64,000 nucleotides of DNA from Bdellovibrionales bacterium (GCA_947380295.1 CANCQK010000002.1:10557-74556), one strand, 5' to 3'. Numbered from the stretch's first letter, positions 17,304 through 28,468 are shown. Notes: generated by a model not told the origin, from the sequence alone. Numbers and translations are program-made.

Positions 17304-18813
17304 AAGCTTGGATAGTTAAGGTCGTTTTAAAGACTTCCTCAAAAAGAGCTTTTCTCTGCTGCACTCGCAAAATGGTGAGGTCTTTTGATCCTCGACCGTT
17401 TAGCGTGATCTTGGTTCCTTGCTTTCGGATGGTTAGATTTTTGACCTTCGAGTGGGTTGAGCTAGCTCCGCCGAGAGCCTCGGTGATTCTCATCAGGGCA
17501 AGGAGTCGCAAGAAGATTTGCTTTTGCTTTTTTTGCTGAATAAAGCTCAAATCTTTTTTCGAAAGGCGAGCTAGGCTGGCTTTGAGGCAGAGCTGTGCGA
17601 TCCATTCAGTTTCCCAATTTTCCATCGCAAGAAAATCTGCGTTTCTAACAATATAGTAAGAATGCGCTTCGAAGTGGGTGGGGCTGACTGCTGAACCAAT
17701 TTCGTGAAGAATGACGCCGGCGCAGAGGTATCTCAGCCAGTCCTCATCCAGTTGATGAAGACGTTGGGTCTTACTAAAGATTTCGCTCGCTGTTCTCACT
17801 TTAGCCTGAAGGGAAGCCTTGGGAAGCCCGAATTGCGCTGCCTTTTGATAAAGCTCATCGATCTGAAATCGGCTTTCCACGCCCCCTGAATGAGTCAGGA
17901 GTAGAATCTCTCGGTCGAGAATTCCATCGCGGAGTGAATACCGAGTTGTTCTGAGGCTGTGAGCGCCTAAAAAAGCCATTTGCTCCTCGAGCAGGATGGT
18001 TCCTGCTAAGATCATTTCGACTCGTTTGGCATCCATTCCAGGGATTTTCATAAGCTCAGGACGAGAGCACCCCGTCATCCTCTGGATCAGCGTTTCAAGC
18101 TGGCTTCGTTCGATGCCATCAGTTCCATACTGCCGCTTCAAAATCCGTTCGATCGCTCGAATGGTTCCGCTTGAACCGATCACGATCGGGATTGAAGGCC
18201 ACTCTTGCTTTTGGATTTGAGAGGTGATCGTACTGCGGATTTCCTGTCTTAGGCTTTGAATCGATTCGATCTGCTGCGTTTTCGTCACGAGTGGGGGAAG
18301 GCTCTTGAGGTAGACTTGCTGAAGGCGTGCTGTGCCTAATTGGAAGCTTGAGGACTGCAGGAGTGTCGAATCACGACAGAGGCTGACCTCAGTGCTCCCA
18401 CCGCCCATATCAACAAGTCCGAAAAGCCCCGGAGGCTTTTTCTCATGTTTCAGAATAGCTAGAGCGATGAGTCGAGCTTCCTCCTCACCTGAGATTACAC
18501 GAATTTCAATCCCGGTCCGCTTCTTGACCTGCTCGACAAATAAATCTCCATCCACTGCATCGCGGAGTGCGCTGGTTCCAAATGCGATGATTTTAGAAGT
18601 CTTAAAGCGGGTTGCAATCTTTCGAAAGTTGAGGAGTGCCTCGATCGTCCGACGTTTTGCGCTGGGATCGAGTCTTTGTCGCAGAAAAACGCCTTGGCCA
18701 AGGCGGACCATGACCTTTTCTCGGTGTAGAAGACGGGCTTTGTGGTTTGAACCAATCCATTGAACGTCAAATCGAACGGAGTTGGTGCCTAGGTCAATGA
18801 TTCCAATTCGCAT
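17302..18813 (-). CDS. ppx: exopolyphosphatase / guanosine pentaphosphate phosphohydrolase (Ppx/GppA family)
   Basis: MRIGIIDLGTNSVRFDV N-terminus, 503 aa. Immediately downstream of ppk1 on the same strand. Confidence 0.85.
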   Translation of the reverse strand: MRIGIIDLGTNSVRFDVQWIGSNHKARLLHREKVMVRLGQGVFLRQRLDPSAKRRTIEALLNFRKIATRFKTSKIIAFGTSALRDAVDGDLFVEQVKKRTGIEIRVISGEEEARLIALAILKHEKKPPGLFGLVDMGGGSTEVSLCRDSTLLQSSSFQLGTARLQQVYLKSLPPLVTKTQQIESIQSLRQEIRSTITSQIQKQEWPSIPIVIGSSGTIRAIERILKRQYGTDGIERSQLETLIQRMTGCSRPELMKIPGMDAKRVEMILAGTILLEEQMAFLGAHSLRTTRYSLRDGILDREILLLTHSGGVESRFQIDELYQKAAQFGLPKASLQAKVRTASEIFSKTQRLHQLDEDWLRYLCAGVILHEIGSAVSPTHFEAHSYYIVRNADFLAMENWETEWIAQLCLKASLARLSKKDLSFIQQKKQKQIFLRLLALMRITEALGGASSTHSKVKNLTIRKQGTKITLNGRGSKDLTILRVQQRKALFEEVFKTTLTIQA

Positions 18814-18816
18814 AGT

Positions 18817-20958
18817 TTATTTTTCACTCGATTTGAATTTTTCCCAAAGTGGCGTTCCCTCGTATTCTCGAACTGCAAGCTCTTCGAAAAGAAATTGGGA
18901 ACGAATCGGGGTCTCACCCTTTCTAGATGGGGAAAGCCGATGTCGCTTCCACTTTCCTTCAGGCGTGAGGATCCGCGCCTTTACAGTATCTCCCAACGAT
19001 ACAGGTATGATCACTTCCTGAATATAGCGGTAAATTTCAAAGTCTAAAATGGGAAATGCGATTTCTAGTCGAGAATAAAAGTTGCGGGGCATCCAATCAG
19101 CACTGGAGAGATAAATTTTCTGAGCATCTCCAAAGTGATAAATCCGGCTGTGCTCTAAAAAACGATCTACAATGCTGATCACTCGAATATTCTCACTAAG
19201 TCCTTTGACGCCTGGGACAAGAGAACACGCGCCTCTGACGACGAGGTCCACCCGAACTCCGGCCTGAGAGGCGCGGTAAAGCTGTTGGATGACCGCCTCA
19301 TCCACGAGTGCGTTGACCTTCGCGAAAATACGTGCGCTTCGTCCCTGTTCGGCAGCCTGGATTTCGGCCTCAATATGACCTAAGAGCCTCCGGTGAAGCT
19401 TGGCAGGTGCCGGTATGAGCTGCTTGAAGTCTTGAGGGATTTGGCCGACAAAGATTCGATCGAAGAAATAACGGACATCCGAACAGATCTCAGCGTGTGA
19501 AGTGATGATGGCCAGATCGGTGTATTGGCGTGCGGTGGAGGCCTTGTAGTTACCGGTAGACAGGTGGGCATACCTCCTGATCTCGTCGCCAATCTGTCGA
19601 GTGATGAGAGAGACCTTGCCGTGGAGCTTGAGCTTACCAAAGCCGAACGATACCTCAACTCCTGCTGCCTTGAGTTCCTCTGCTACTTTTAAATTATTGA
19701 GTTCATCGAATCTCGCGCGGAGCTCGATCATGACCCGAATTCTTTTTTTAGAGGCAGCCTTTTTGAGAGACTCCATGACCTGAGAAATGGCATCGATTCG
19801 ATAGACGGTTTGCTCAATTTGAACAACCGTGGGGTCGTCGCATGCAGCTCGAATCCACTGCTCAAATGCATCAAATGAGTCGTATGGATGATGGAAGAGA
19901 AAATCCTCCCGATCCAAGCGGTTGAAGATCTCATGTGGTTTTCTGAAGGGTCTAGGGACTCGGGATTGCAGAGGCGAGTAGCAGAGGTGGTGGTGTTGAA
20001 TGAGACTCTCGGGAGCATGGCTTGGGAGTTGGGTAATCGCCGAAAGGCACAGCGTCCCAGGCGTCTCAATCATTTGCTGATTGAGGAGCTTTAAAGTCTT
20101 TGCAGCTTGCAAGAGAAATGGTTTTGAGGGTTTTCCACTATATTGCAGCCGGGTGGGGCGACCTCTTTCTCTTTTACCCAAACCAACGCGAACGCGATCG
20201 GGAATAGTTTCTGGATCGAGGTCTGCGAGTTCGAGAGAAAAGTCTGAGTCCCGGGTGATCTTGAATAGGGTGGGCGGTGACTGGAATCCAATTTTTTGCC
20301 CTAGGTATTGAATGAGGAGGTGATCGAGAAAAAAACCAAATAATTCACCAGTCACTTCATTCCACCTAAAGAAGCCTTGAGGAATGGATTTTGGAATTTT
20401 GAACCAATATTGATCTTGGTAGAGTAGCCCGAGCTGGAGATTCTCTAAAGAATTGAGCTTTTGATAGCTAAAAATCTCCGGCTCTTGGAGTTTTGGGAAA
20501 ATCTCCTCCTCGAAGAGGGTTCTCTCAATAATTGAACTCAAGCCGGTTTTTGTAGGCTCCGGGGCGAGGTGGACCTTTGAGGGGTCGAGCTGAGCTTCGA
20601 TTATTTCAAGAATACTGGCCTGCCGTTGTAGAAACGTCCGAGTGGCACTCAATACATCATTTCTGATGCGGATTAGCCTGAAGGTTGCAGAGATATCTTC
20701 TGGGTGAGAGTTTTGAATCGAGCGAACCAAGGATGGATATCGGATCATGAAGAACTCATCCAAATTGCCGGCTGAGATTCCAAGGAATCGAGCCCGTTCC
20801 AAGATGGGATTGGTTTCAGTGCGGGCCTCAGCGAGAACTCGCTCATTAAATTGCAGCCAACTCAAGTCTCGGTGAATGAGAGGTAAGTCGGGACGGGCTA
20901 ATAAAGCAGGTAACGTCGGGATCACAATCCCGCTAAACGAAGGTTGGTTGATAATCAT
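18817..20958 (-). CDS. ppk: polyphosphate kinase 1
   Basis: N-terminal RDLSWLQFNERVLAEA, 713 aa. PLD-like C-terminal regions. Confidence 0.9.
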   Translation of the reverse strand: MIINQPSFSGIVIPTLPALLARPDLPLIHRDLSWLQFNERVLAEARTETNPILERARFLGISAGNLDEFFMIRYPSLVRSIQNSHPEDISATFRLIRIRNDVLSATRTFLQRQASILEIIEAQLDPSKVHLAPEPTKTGLSSIIERTLFEEEIFPKLQEPEIFSYQKLNSLENLQLGLLYQDQYWFKIPKSIPQGFFRWNEVTGELFGFFLDHLLIQYLGQKIGFQSPPTLFKITRDSDFSLELADLDPETIPDRVRVGLGKRERGRPTRLQYSGKPSKPFLLQAAKTLKLLNQQMIETPGTLCLSAITQLPSHAPESLIQHHHLCYSPLQSRVPRPFRKPHEIFNRLDREDFLFHHPYDSFDAFEQWIRAACDDPTVVQIEQTVYRIDAISQVMESLKKAASKKRIRVMIELRARFDELNNLKVAEELKAAGVEVSFGFGKLKLHGKVSLITRQIGDEIRRYAHLSTGNYKASTARQYTDLAIITSHAEICSDVRYFFDRIFVGQIPQDFKQLIPAPAKLHRRLLGHIEAEIQAAEQGRSARIFAKVNALVDEAVIQQLYRASQAGVRVDLVVRGACSLVPGVKGLSENIRVISIVDRFLEHSRIYHFGDAQKIYLSSADWMPRNFYSRLEIAFPILDFEIYRYIQEVIIPVSLGDTVKARILTPEGKWKRHRLSPSRKGETPIRSQFLFEELAVREYEGTPLWEKFKSSEK

Positions 20959-21104
20959 TTGCTTTTCCCCCTGGCTGCCTGCGCCTACTGATGAAGCGCC
21001 GAGCCGTACTCTTTTAATTATCGATAGATCAGGGTGTTGTCGACTGTTTATTGATTAAAAAATGGTATTTGAATTGCAATATTCTATGTTGTTTTGGAGG
21101 TAAT

Positions 21105-21794
21105 ATGGCGCTCATGATTCGGGGCGTTATTGTTGATTTAGATGGTACACTCATCGATAGTCGCCGTGCGCATGCTTTAGCATGGAAAAAGACTCTTGAT
21201 GAAGAGGGTGTTCGCAATTCACTGGATGAAATTGAACGGTGGATGGGGTGTGATGCGAATCAGCTACTAGGGCAGCTTGCCGGAGTTGAAGCTCAATCTC
21301 AGCGCGGGCAGAGATTGATTCAGAAAAAAAGGAGAGTCTTAGAGGCTGAATATTATGATCAAATTCGACCTCATCCATGTTCTAAAGCGCTTCTGACTCG
21401 TTTGAGAGAAGAAGGGCTTCGTTTTGCCTTCATGACCTCGGCCAATCCGTGTGAGTTGAAGACCTTTCTGAATCTATTAGACTCTCAAGAGCTCATGGAA
21501 TATTCAAAAATCGAAGAGGTCCAACTTAAGAGACGGACACCAATTGAAACTGCAATTGCATCTCTTGGTATGAATCCCGAAGAACTCATCCTTCTCGGTA
21601 ACACGCCTTATGATGTGCAGGTCGCAGTCGGGCACGGAATTTCTGCGATCGCATTTCGTTCCGGCGGTTGGAGTGATGGTGAGCTGACTGGGGCCCTAAT
21701 GGTTTACGATGATATTCCCGATCTACTCAGAAAATTTGACGAGTCACCCTTGTCTAAAAAGGCTCGAGGTCAGATTCCATTAGTGGCAGCTTGA
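21105..21794 (+). CDS. HAD-superfamily hydrolase (phosphatase)
   Basis: The VIVDLDGTLIDS motif I. A GGAGG sequence lies 5 nt upstream of the 21105 ATG. The ORF track extends it to 21051. Confidence 0.7.
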   Translation: MALMIRGVIVDLDGTLIDSRRAHALAWKKTLDEEGVRNSLDEIERWMGCDANQLLGQLAGVEAQSQRGQRLIQKKRRVLEAEYYDQIRPHPCSKALLTRLREEGLRFAFMTSANPCELKTFLNLLDSQELMEYSKIEEVQLKRRTPIETAIASLGMNPEELILLGNTPYDVQVAVGHGISAIAFRSGGWSDGELTGALMVYDDIPDLLRKFDESPLSKKARGQIPLVAA

Positions 21795-21807
21795 CCCCGT
21801 GTCCTCT

Positions 21808-24402
21808 TTAGGAATATTTACTGCTCCTACTGGAGAGGATCGACTGTGTCGCAGGGCGTGATCGAGCAGGCTTTTTCACCTGAGTTTTCTTTGCTGTTGC
21901 CCGCTTCACGGTCATTGCCGTTGCAGGCTCAATTAAGGCGAGTGGCAGGACTTCGTCCATCCGGCTCACAAAATAGATTTCCAAATCCTTGAGTGCTTCT
22001 TGAGGGATCTCGTAAAGATCCTTCTCGTTGAGTTTAGGGAGAATTAACGTCCTAATTCCAGCGCGTTTCGCAGCGAGAAGCTTCTCTTTGATTCCTCCCA
22101 CGGGCAGAACCTTGCCAGTCAGGGAAAGTTCACCGGTCATGGCGACTCGATTTTTAATACATCGTCCTGAAAGAAGTGAGTAAAGAGCGGTGGCCATCGT
22201 AATCCCCGCCGATGGACCGTCCTTTGGAATTGCACCTGCGGGAATGTGAAGGTGAATGTCGTTCTCTTTAAAGAACTTAGCATCCATCTGTAGCGTGGGA
22301 ATGGCGCGTTTCTTCACGTAGCTCCAGGCGATAGCGGCACTTTCTGTCATGACTTCGCCCATTTGTCCAGTGAGCTTAAGGATGCCGGTTCCTGGGATAT
22401 CAGCAGCCTCAATAAATAAGATTTCTCCACCAGTTGAGGTCCAAGCTAATCCAACGACCACACCGGGTGCGGTGATCCGTTCGGCAACTTCGTTGTAGAA
22501 TTTCTTAGGTCCTAACCAGGTGAGCAGTTCTGATTCCTTGATTTGGATGGGTTTCAGTTTAGGCTGAGTCCGTGAATTTTTTTTCAGCTGAGCCTCAGTT
22601 TCTCTTACGATCTGAGTGGCAGCCTTTCGGGCAATCCGGTGAGTGAGCTTTTGCAAGGATCGCAATCCTGGCTCGCGGGCGTAGTCCATCATGATCTTTC
22701 GGATCGCTGATTTTTCAAATTTCAGTTGGTTTGGTTTCAGTCCGTTCGCTTCGAGTACTTTCGGAATAACGTATCGATTGGCGATGTCTTCTTTTTCTTC
22801 GAGAGTGTAGCCCGGTAATTCGATCACTTCCATGCGGTCCAGGAGGGGAGCAGGGATTGATGAAGTCGAGTTAGCGGTGGTGACAAAGAGGACCTTAGAC
22901 AGGTCGAATGGGACATCGAGATAGTGATCTAAAAAAGCTGTATTTTGCTCTGGATCCAAGACTTCCAAAAGAGCACTGGCTGGATCGCCATGGTAGCTCT
23001 GGCCCAGTTTGTCGATTTCATCGAGCATTAGTACAGCATTTTTAGATCCTGCACGTTTGAGACCTTGAATGAATTTTCCTGGCATCGCTCCTACATAGGT
23101 GCGGCGATGACCTTTGATCTCAGCCTCATCGCGCATTCCGCCTAGGGAAAAGCGGAAGAATTTTCGTCCAAGCGCTTGAGCAACTGATTTGCCTATGGAG
23201 GTTTTTCCAACGCCGGGAGGACCGACGAGGCAAATGATGGAGCCTTTTGGGTCGTTCTTGAGTTTGCGAATGGCTAAAAACTCCAGGATGCGCTCTTTAA
23301 CCTGATCGAGTCCGAAGTGTTCTTGATCTAAAGTTGCTTTGGCAAATTCAAGATCGAGAATATCAGTGGTTTCTTTACTCCAAGGAAGTGAGCACAAAGT
23401 CTCCAGATAATTGCGAGAGATATTGTATTCAGGGGATTGTTCAGGGATGGTCTCAAATCTTTCTAGTTCGTCAAGAGCGGTTTTCTTAACTTCCTCTGGC
23501 ATTTGAGCGGCTTCGATTCGTTCACGAAAGGACTGAGCGGATTTCTCCTTGCCCTCGACTTCGACACCTAGTTCGCGTTTGATGGACTTGAGTTGTTCTT
23601 TGAGGAAAAACTCCCGCTGCATTTTGTTGAGCTTCGAGTTGACGTCCTCACTGATCTTCCGTTGGATGTCTGCCACATCCTGTTCTCTGCGGAGGTGAAG
23701 AACGAGCTTCTCAAATCGCGCTCGGACCGAGAGGGTTTCTAAAAGTTCTTGTGACTCGGCTTTAGGTAAGGTGAGAGCAAAGGCGACCAAATCAGAAATT
23801 GTACCTGTTCCGGGTGCGTTAATCATTGCAAGGCGCATCTCTTCGGTGAAGAAAGGGTTCACTTCAGAGAGTTTTTTGACATGACTGATCACGGATCTCG
23901 TCAGAGCATCCATCTCGATGGACTTCTCGTGAATATCGTCGAGATACTCCGCCTCAACGACAATGTAGGGCTGATCAGCAAGCACTTTGCGACTTCTAAA
24001 TCGTTTCATGCTGTGGATTAGGAGATTCACTGATCCATCGGGCATCTTGAGCCGTTTGACGATCTTGACTGCTACACCGATCTCGTAAAGGTCTTCTGGT
24101 TTAGTCTCCTCACGGACATCTCCATTTCGAGTGAGGAGAAGACCAATCACGCGCTGGCGATTAATGGCTTCCTCAATCATCGCGACATGTTTGGGGAGGC
24201 TGATTAAGAGAGGGGCTAGAAGCGTGGGAAACACAATAGGACTGTTCACTGGTAAAATGAACAAGTTGGGCGGTAAAGCCTGCTCGGGTAAAATGAGATC
24301 ACCTGGGCGAGTAGGAGATTGGGAAGAGCTCTCCTCGCCTGAGGCTGGGTTCTCTATTGATTTCGATAGGTTAGTGTTTTCTTGATCTTTTTTATTTGCC
24401 AT
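21808..24402 (-). CDS. lon: ATP-dependent Lon protease
   Basis: GPPGVGKTS Walker A. The catalytic-Ser segment of the S16 protease domain reads PKDGPSAGITMATAL. Confidence 0.9.
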   Translation of the reverse strand: MANKKDQENTNLSKSIENPASGEESSSQSPTRPGDLILPEQALPPNLFILPVNSPIVFPTLLAPLLISLPKHVAMIEEAINRQRVIGLLLTRNGDVREETKPEDLYEIGVAVKIVKRLKMPDGSVNLLIHSMKRFRSRKVLADQPYIVVEAEYLDDIHEKSIEMDALTRSVISHVKKLSEVNPFFTEEMRLAMINAPGTGTISDLVAFALTLPKAESQELLETLSVRARFEKLVLHLRREQDVADIQRKISEDVNSKLNKMQREFFLKEQLKSIKRELGVEVEGKEKSAQSFRERIEAAQMPEEVKKTALDELERFETIPEQSPEYNISRNYLETLCSLPWSKETTDILDLEFAKATLDQEHFGLDQVKERILEFLAIRKLKNDPKGSIICLVGPPGVGKTSIGKSVAQALGRKFFRFSLGGMRDEAEIKGHRRTYVGAMPGKFIQGLKRAGSKNAVLMLDEIDKLGQSYHGDPASALLEVLDPEQNTAFLDHYLDVPFDLSKVLFVTTANSTSSIPAPLLDRMEVIELPGYTLEEKEDIANRYVIPKVLEANGLKPNQLKFEKSAIRKIMMDYAREPGLRSLQKLTHRIARKAATQIVRETEAQLKKNSRTQPKLKPIQIKESELLTWLGPKKFYNEVAERITAPGVVVGLAWTSTGGEILFIEAADIPGTGILKLTGQMGEVMTESAAIAWSYVKKRAIPTLQMDAKFFKENDIHLHIPAGAIPKDGPSAGITMATALYSLLSGRCIKNRVAMTGELSLTGKVLPVGGIKEKLLAAKRAGIRTLILPKLNEKDLYEIPQEALKDLEIYFVSRMDEVLPLALIEPATAMTVKRATAKKTQVKKPARSRPATQSILSSRSSKYS

Positions 24403-24459
24403 AGTTTTTGCCCTACCTAAATTAAGATGGGCACGATTCCAACTCTGGCAAGTAGAGAC

Positions 24460-25014
24460 TTAAATTGCAGGAGCTGAGTTGAGCTCCCGACTAATTTTTT
24501 CAATTAAGTCGTTCGCTAGGCTAGGGTCAGGCTCACCTGTGGTGCTGAAGCCCTCGGATACTCCTTGAGCATTGAGTCTTTCGACCTCTTCAGTGACAGT
24601 TGTTTTCACTTTGACGCCGCCGAGAACTTGTTCTGCGCTGACTTGGTATTTAAGCCGATTTTGGAGGTAGGTTTTCCTTGGAAATCCATTGACTTGATAT
24701 TCAATGTACTTGGATTTCGATTTGGAAAAGATCCAGTCAGTTTCTAAACTCCGTTGGGAGAGTTTTTTAAGTTCCAGTGGAGAGACTTCAGCGGGGGTTA
24801 TACTTACGACTCGCGTCAGTCTGAGTGCGGACTCAATTGCTTTCCAAGCTGCGGGGAAATCGGTCTCGAAGGTCTGCTCATTTCTGAGTTGGGCGTAGGC
24901 TAGCGTTTTAACTTCAGGAACGCTCGAGCACCCAGCTAGTGATCCAATGACCAAATAGGAAAGGCTTAAGGCAATCAGTCTCAGCTTCATTAATTTTGAC
25001 CTCGCTTTGCCCAC
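24460..25014 (-). CDS. hypothetical lipoprotein
   Basis: Lipobox IGSLAGC-SS. Confidence 0.4.
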   Translation of the reverse strand: MGKARSKLMKLRLIALSLSYLVIGSLAGCSSVPEVKTLAYAQLRNEQTFETDFPAAWKAIESALRLTRVVSITPAEVSPLELKKLSQRSLETDWIFSKSKSKYIEYQVNGFPRKTYLQNRLKYQVSAEQVLGGVKVKTTVTEEVERLNAQGVSEGFSTTGEPDPSLANDLIEKISRELNSAPAI

Positions 25015-25017
25015 AGC

Positions 25018-25629
25018 TTAACCCTTTTTCTTACTGAGATCTATGATGATTCTCACCGGTTGGGTCAACTCAAAAACCTCCACGTTCACGGCGGATTTGA
25101 GCGGAAGAGAAAATGTCCAGACTTCGTCCTCCAGTTTGGGGAGTAAATCCACACTTTCAAGAAAGTTGCTCTTCTTAAAGGCCGTAGTAATTTTTTTTGA
25201 GTCAAAGCGAAGTTCTGGGTTACCCCAGACTGAAACTCCGATTCGTTTTTGGTTGGGGTTGACTTCAACTTGAAAGTACGGAGGCCGGGGGATAGCGGCT
25301 GGCTCTCCATTTTGAGTTCCTTCAAGATCAATCACGACTCGTTCAAGTTCTTTTTGGTTTGAAAATCGAATATCTTTTACAATCACTGGATGGATAGCTC
25401 GGTCTCCTCCAATAATCAGACCATCACGGACTTGTGCTTGAGTTTTTTTGGTGTCTGCAATTGAGATTTTATCAGCTTTAAGTCTTTGGATGTCATTGGG
25501 GTGGGTCGGAAGGTTCGTCGGAGACGAAGTGGCATTTTGAGTTTTTTCAGGGATAGCGGCCCATGTTGAGTGAGGGAGGTAGATGGATCCTAAAGCGACT
25601 CCCCAGAGGACAAGCGGATTGATCTTCAT
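25018..25629 (-). CDS. hypothetical secreted protein
   Basis: Signal peptide. Co-directional with the neighbouring secreted-protein genes and spaced tightly with them. Confidence 0.4.
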   Translation of the reverse strand: MKINPLVLWGVALGSIYLPHSTWAAIPEKTQNATSSPTNLPTHPNDIQRLKADKISIADTKKTQAQVRDGLIIGGDRAIHPVIVKDIRFSNQKELERVVIDLEGTQNGEPAAIPRPPYFQVEVNPNQKRIGVSVWGNPELRFDSKKITTAFKKSNFLESVDLLPKLEDEVWTFSLPLKSAVNVEVFELTQPVRIIIDLSKKKG

Positions 25630-27461
25630 TTCTTTAGTTTAATCGCCAATTTGGGGCGATGCAAGGAATTCGAAATTCTGAGTCCGCCTAGCGCAAAGAG
25701 CCAAGGAATGAGCCATCCCAGGGCAGCGCCAAACGGAGGCTCTGATGGATCTCTCTGTACCGTCGGTGAAGTCTTGATTCTGCCGCACGCCCCAGTCTGA
25801 GTTGTTGGGTTGCCTCCTGGGAGTGAGCGGCGAATTGGGGGGCCTGAGGGGCTTTGATACCTCGCGAAGTTCTCGAGGCTTCGACACCGAGGATTGTCCG
25901 GTAGGGTACTGTTTGAGTTGATCGAGTCATCCTCGGTTCGGGTGGAACCAAAAACGACCACAAAGGGAAAATTTCGGTCTACCGAAAAGTATCCTGCTGG
26001 ATAAGAGCTGAGAGAGACGGCTTGAGTCGAGATGGATAGGGTGTAGTCTCCGAGTGCAAGTGATGGAGCTGTAAGAATTCCATCAAAGCTTTGAAAGCCG
26101 GAGTTGCCGGAATTTGCTGTAAAGTCAGAACTTTTGTAATTCGGATTCACATAGGTAAAGTTGACTGGGTTACCCATTGAATTGGTGAGGCTTAGGATTG
26201 CCTTCACGGGTGAGTAGAGACTATAACTCACAACGCGAATGACTAAGTCACCTGAGACGTTCCGAAGTGGATAGGTCCTGTTCTGTGAGTTCTGTGGAAA
26301 GACGTCAACCCATGCGAAATCCCCGGGTCGCCCATTCGCCGTGCTCATGTCAAATTGTGGGCTCTGGGAGGGACTCGGTGAAGCCAGAGGAATTGGAGAG
26401 CAACTCACAGGGATTGAACCGAGGTCCGAATCGACCCCTGAATTGACAGAGATCTTTCTCAACGGCGCAGGTCTTTGATCTGAATTGGTGGTGAGAAAGG
26501 TTTTTTTAAAATCGCGCCCTGAGCAAACAGAAACATTCATTGAAGAATAATAATAAGGGAGTGTTTGGGAACCAGCATAATAGGGTTCGATCATGAGGAA
26601 GTAGTTACCAAGCTCGAGATGACCGAAATGAAAAGAGCCAGAACGGTCAGTGAGCGCAGATGCTAAGGAAGTTCCCCGGGTTTCTGAAATGGCTACGACA
26701 TGCGCCCCGAAAACAGGCGATCCGTTTGCAGTGACCGTACCGTGGAATGCCCCCGTTAAATCGGTCTGGGAGCTCTGATAAAGACTCTGGATGCCGACTT
26801 TTTCATCGCAGCTCAAGAACGCTTGATCAGGAGCCTCCATAAAAAGCATTGAGGTTCCCAGTCCGCCAGTATGAGAAAGACCGAGGGCATGTCCGAGTTC
26901 ATGGCTGATCGTGTTTTCGATGTAGACTGGAGCCTTATTGTTTGCTCGTGAAATGACTACTCCCTCCGCAGGCTCGGTGCTGTCTGCGGGAGACGTTGTA
27001 AAATTAAAATTTCGATCATTAAGGATGATGTCAGCCTCGTAAATCTCTCCCGAATTCCTGTCATACCAGACTTGCGTGGTGCCAATGATGCTTGAGGAAA
27101 TCGAGTTAGCTGCTGTCATCTGGGAGAGAAAAAATAGCGTAGATAGCCCGTCGTTCCCCCCAGAAGTGGGGAACGTACTTCTGTCTATTCCCTGCCAATA
27201 ATTAAAGTCAACCGAACCCTGAGAAGCGGCCTTCCAGCGTTGCAATGAAGTGGTGACTGATTTGAAGAAATCAGATGCAGTTAAATTGTTTGAGTTTGCT
27301 GGATTGCCGGCAATATTAATTGTGATCGGCTGCCTCCATCGAATGGAGGCGCCATTACTCATGACTAATGGCGTAAATGCGAGAGCTTTGGTACCACTAG
27401 CCTCGATGACGATCATTGCAGCTGCTCCAAGCCATTTTCTATTCATTTCAAAAATTTCCAT
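25626..27461 (-). CDS. secreted metzincin (M10 serralysin/matrixin-like) zinc metalloprotease
   Basis: HELGHALGLSHT (HExxHxxGxxH), signal peptide, 611 aa. Confidence 0.6.
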   Translation of the reverse strand: MEIFEMNRKWLGAAAMIVIEASGTKALAFTPLVMSNGASIRWRQPITINIAGNPANSNNLTASDFFKSVTTSLQRWKAASQGSVDFNYWQGIDRSTFPTSGGNDGLSTLFFLSQMTAANSISSSIIGTTQVWYDRNSGEIYEADIILNDRNFNFTTSPADSTEPAEGVVISRANNKAPVYIENTISHELGHALGLSHTGGLGTSMLFMEAPDQAFLSCDEKVGIQSLYQSSQTDLTGAFHGTVTANGSPVFGAHVVAISETRGTSLASALTDRSGSFHFGHLELGNYFLMIEPYYAGSQTLPYYYSSMNVSVCSGRDFKKTFLTTNSDQRPAPLRKISVNSGVDSDLGSIPVSCSPIPLASPSPSQSPQFDMSTANGRPGDFAWVDVFPQNSQNRTYPLRNVSGDLVIRVVSYSLYSPVKAILSLTNSMGNPVNFTYVNPNYKSSDFTANSGNSGFQSFDGILTAPSLALGDYTLSISTQAVSLSSYPAGYFSVDRNFPFVVVFGSTRTEDDSINSNSTLPDNPRCRSLENFARYQSPSGPPIRRSLPGGNPTTQTGACGRIKTSPTVQRDPSEPPFGAALGWLIPWLFALGGLRISNSLHRPKLAIKLKK

Positions 27462-28213
27462 AAGAGGATTGAAATTCCTAGGATTCCAAAAATCATGATC
27501 ACTAAAGGGAGTGGTAACGTCGGAGGTTGAGAGATCGGATTCGCTTGAGGCAGGATTGAGTTAGATGGCTGCGAAGGTTGAATGGAAGGTGTGGGTTGCG
27601 GAGCGACCTTCTGAGACAGTTTTGAGTTTTCTGCAGGAGGCGTGGCCGACGCTTGCTGGCGGATCAGACGTTTTAAGTCGGATAGAGTCCAGGGTCTCGG
27701 GGTTTGATTCAAACTAAAGGTGGACGACGATCCCCAGAGGGCCGGACCCTTGAGAATTTCGTCTCCGTTGGCGTCTTTCTCGATAGTGAGCTTTCCAAGC
27801 ATCATCCCGTGGACGTCGAGCGTGCCTTCGGAATTGAGCGGGTTCACCATGACCACGACAGTTTCCCCCGTTTCAAAGTGCGCGGCGCCCTCGACGTGGA
27901 GACCTACCCCATCTTTTTCTCCTCCGATTTCTCGGACGAGGAGAGATGAGTTGGTGCTGGAGAGCGTCGGGCCTTTGAGTGTTTCATCGTTCTGAAAGGC
28001 ATAGTAGGTGAAAATTTTCTGGCTATTGATGCCCTTGCCCCAGTCTGAATAGTGGGTTCCAATTTTGCCCTTCAAGATCAGGGGGGCTTCTTCTACGGTG
28101 GTTGGGAAGGGTTGTTGATAGAAAGTGCTTGCGAAAGACGGCAGGCTCAAGCTCAGCCCAAGCCAGATTCCTCCGCACATCCATTGTTTAAGTTGAATTG
28201 GTCTCCTACTCAT
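27443..28213 (-). CDS. hypothetical exported protein with a Pro-rich linker and C-terminal transmembrane anchor
   Basis: Signal peptide. PQPTPSIQPSQPS... linker. C-terminal LPLVIMIFGILGISILLWKFLK. Confidence 0.4.
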   Translation of the reverse strand: MSRRPIQLKQWMCGGIWLGLSLSLPSFASTFYQQPFPTTVEEAPLILKGKIGTHYSDWGKGINSQKIFTYYAFQNDETLKGPTLSSTNSSLLVREIGGEKDGVGLHVEGAAHFETGETVVVMVNPLNSEGTLDVHGMMLGKLTIEKDANGDEILKGPALWGSSSTFSLNQTPRPWTLSDLKRLIRQQASATPPAENSKLSQKVAPQPTPSIQPSQPSNSILPQANPISQPPTLPLPLVIMIFGILGISILLWKFLK

Positions 28214-28468
28214 GAAATCCCCTTATTGCCTTGTGACTGACTTCCTAAGTCTAGCAGCTTGTTGGGGACGTTGTAGTGTGTCATCTTTGCTGGATTCGTT
28301 CGGTGTGTGTCGTCATTACTGCAGTGAATTTGGCTGGCGGGGTTTTGCAATGGGTTCCGAGGGGTTATGATTGGGATGGGGCTGATTGGATTTTTTTGGT
28401 AAAAACCGTGAAAAAAATTGCCTTTTCCAGTATCGAGTGATAACTAACGCCATCCGTTTGTAAGGTGT

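Noticed and set aside
24403-24459. Short hairpin ggagct-gagtt-gagctcc between the lipoprotein gene and lon
   Set aside because: 6-bp stem with no U-tract on either strand. Insufficient for a terminator call.
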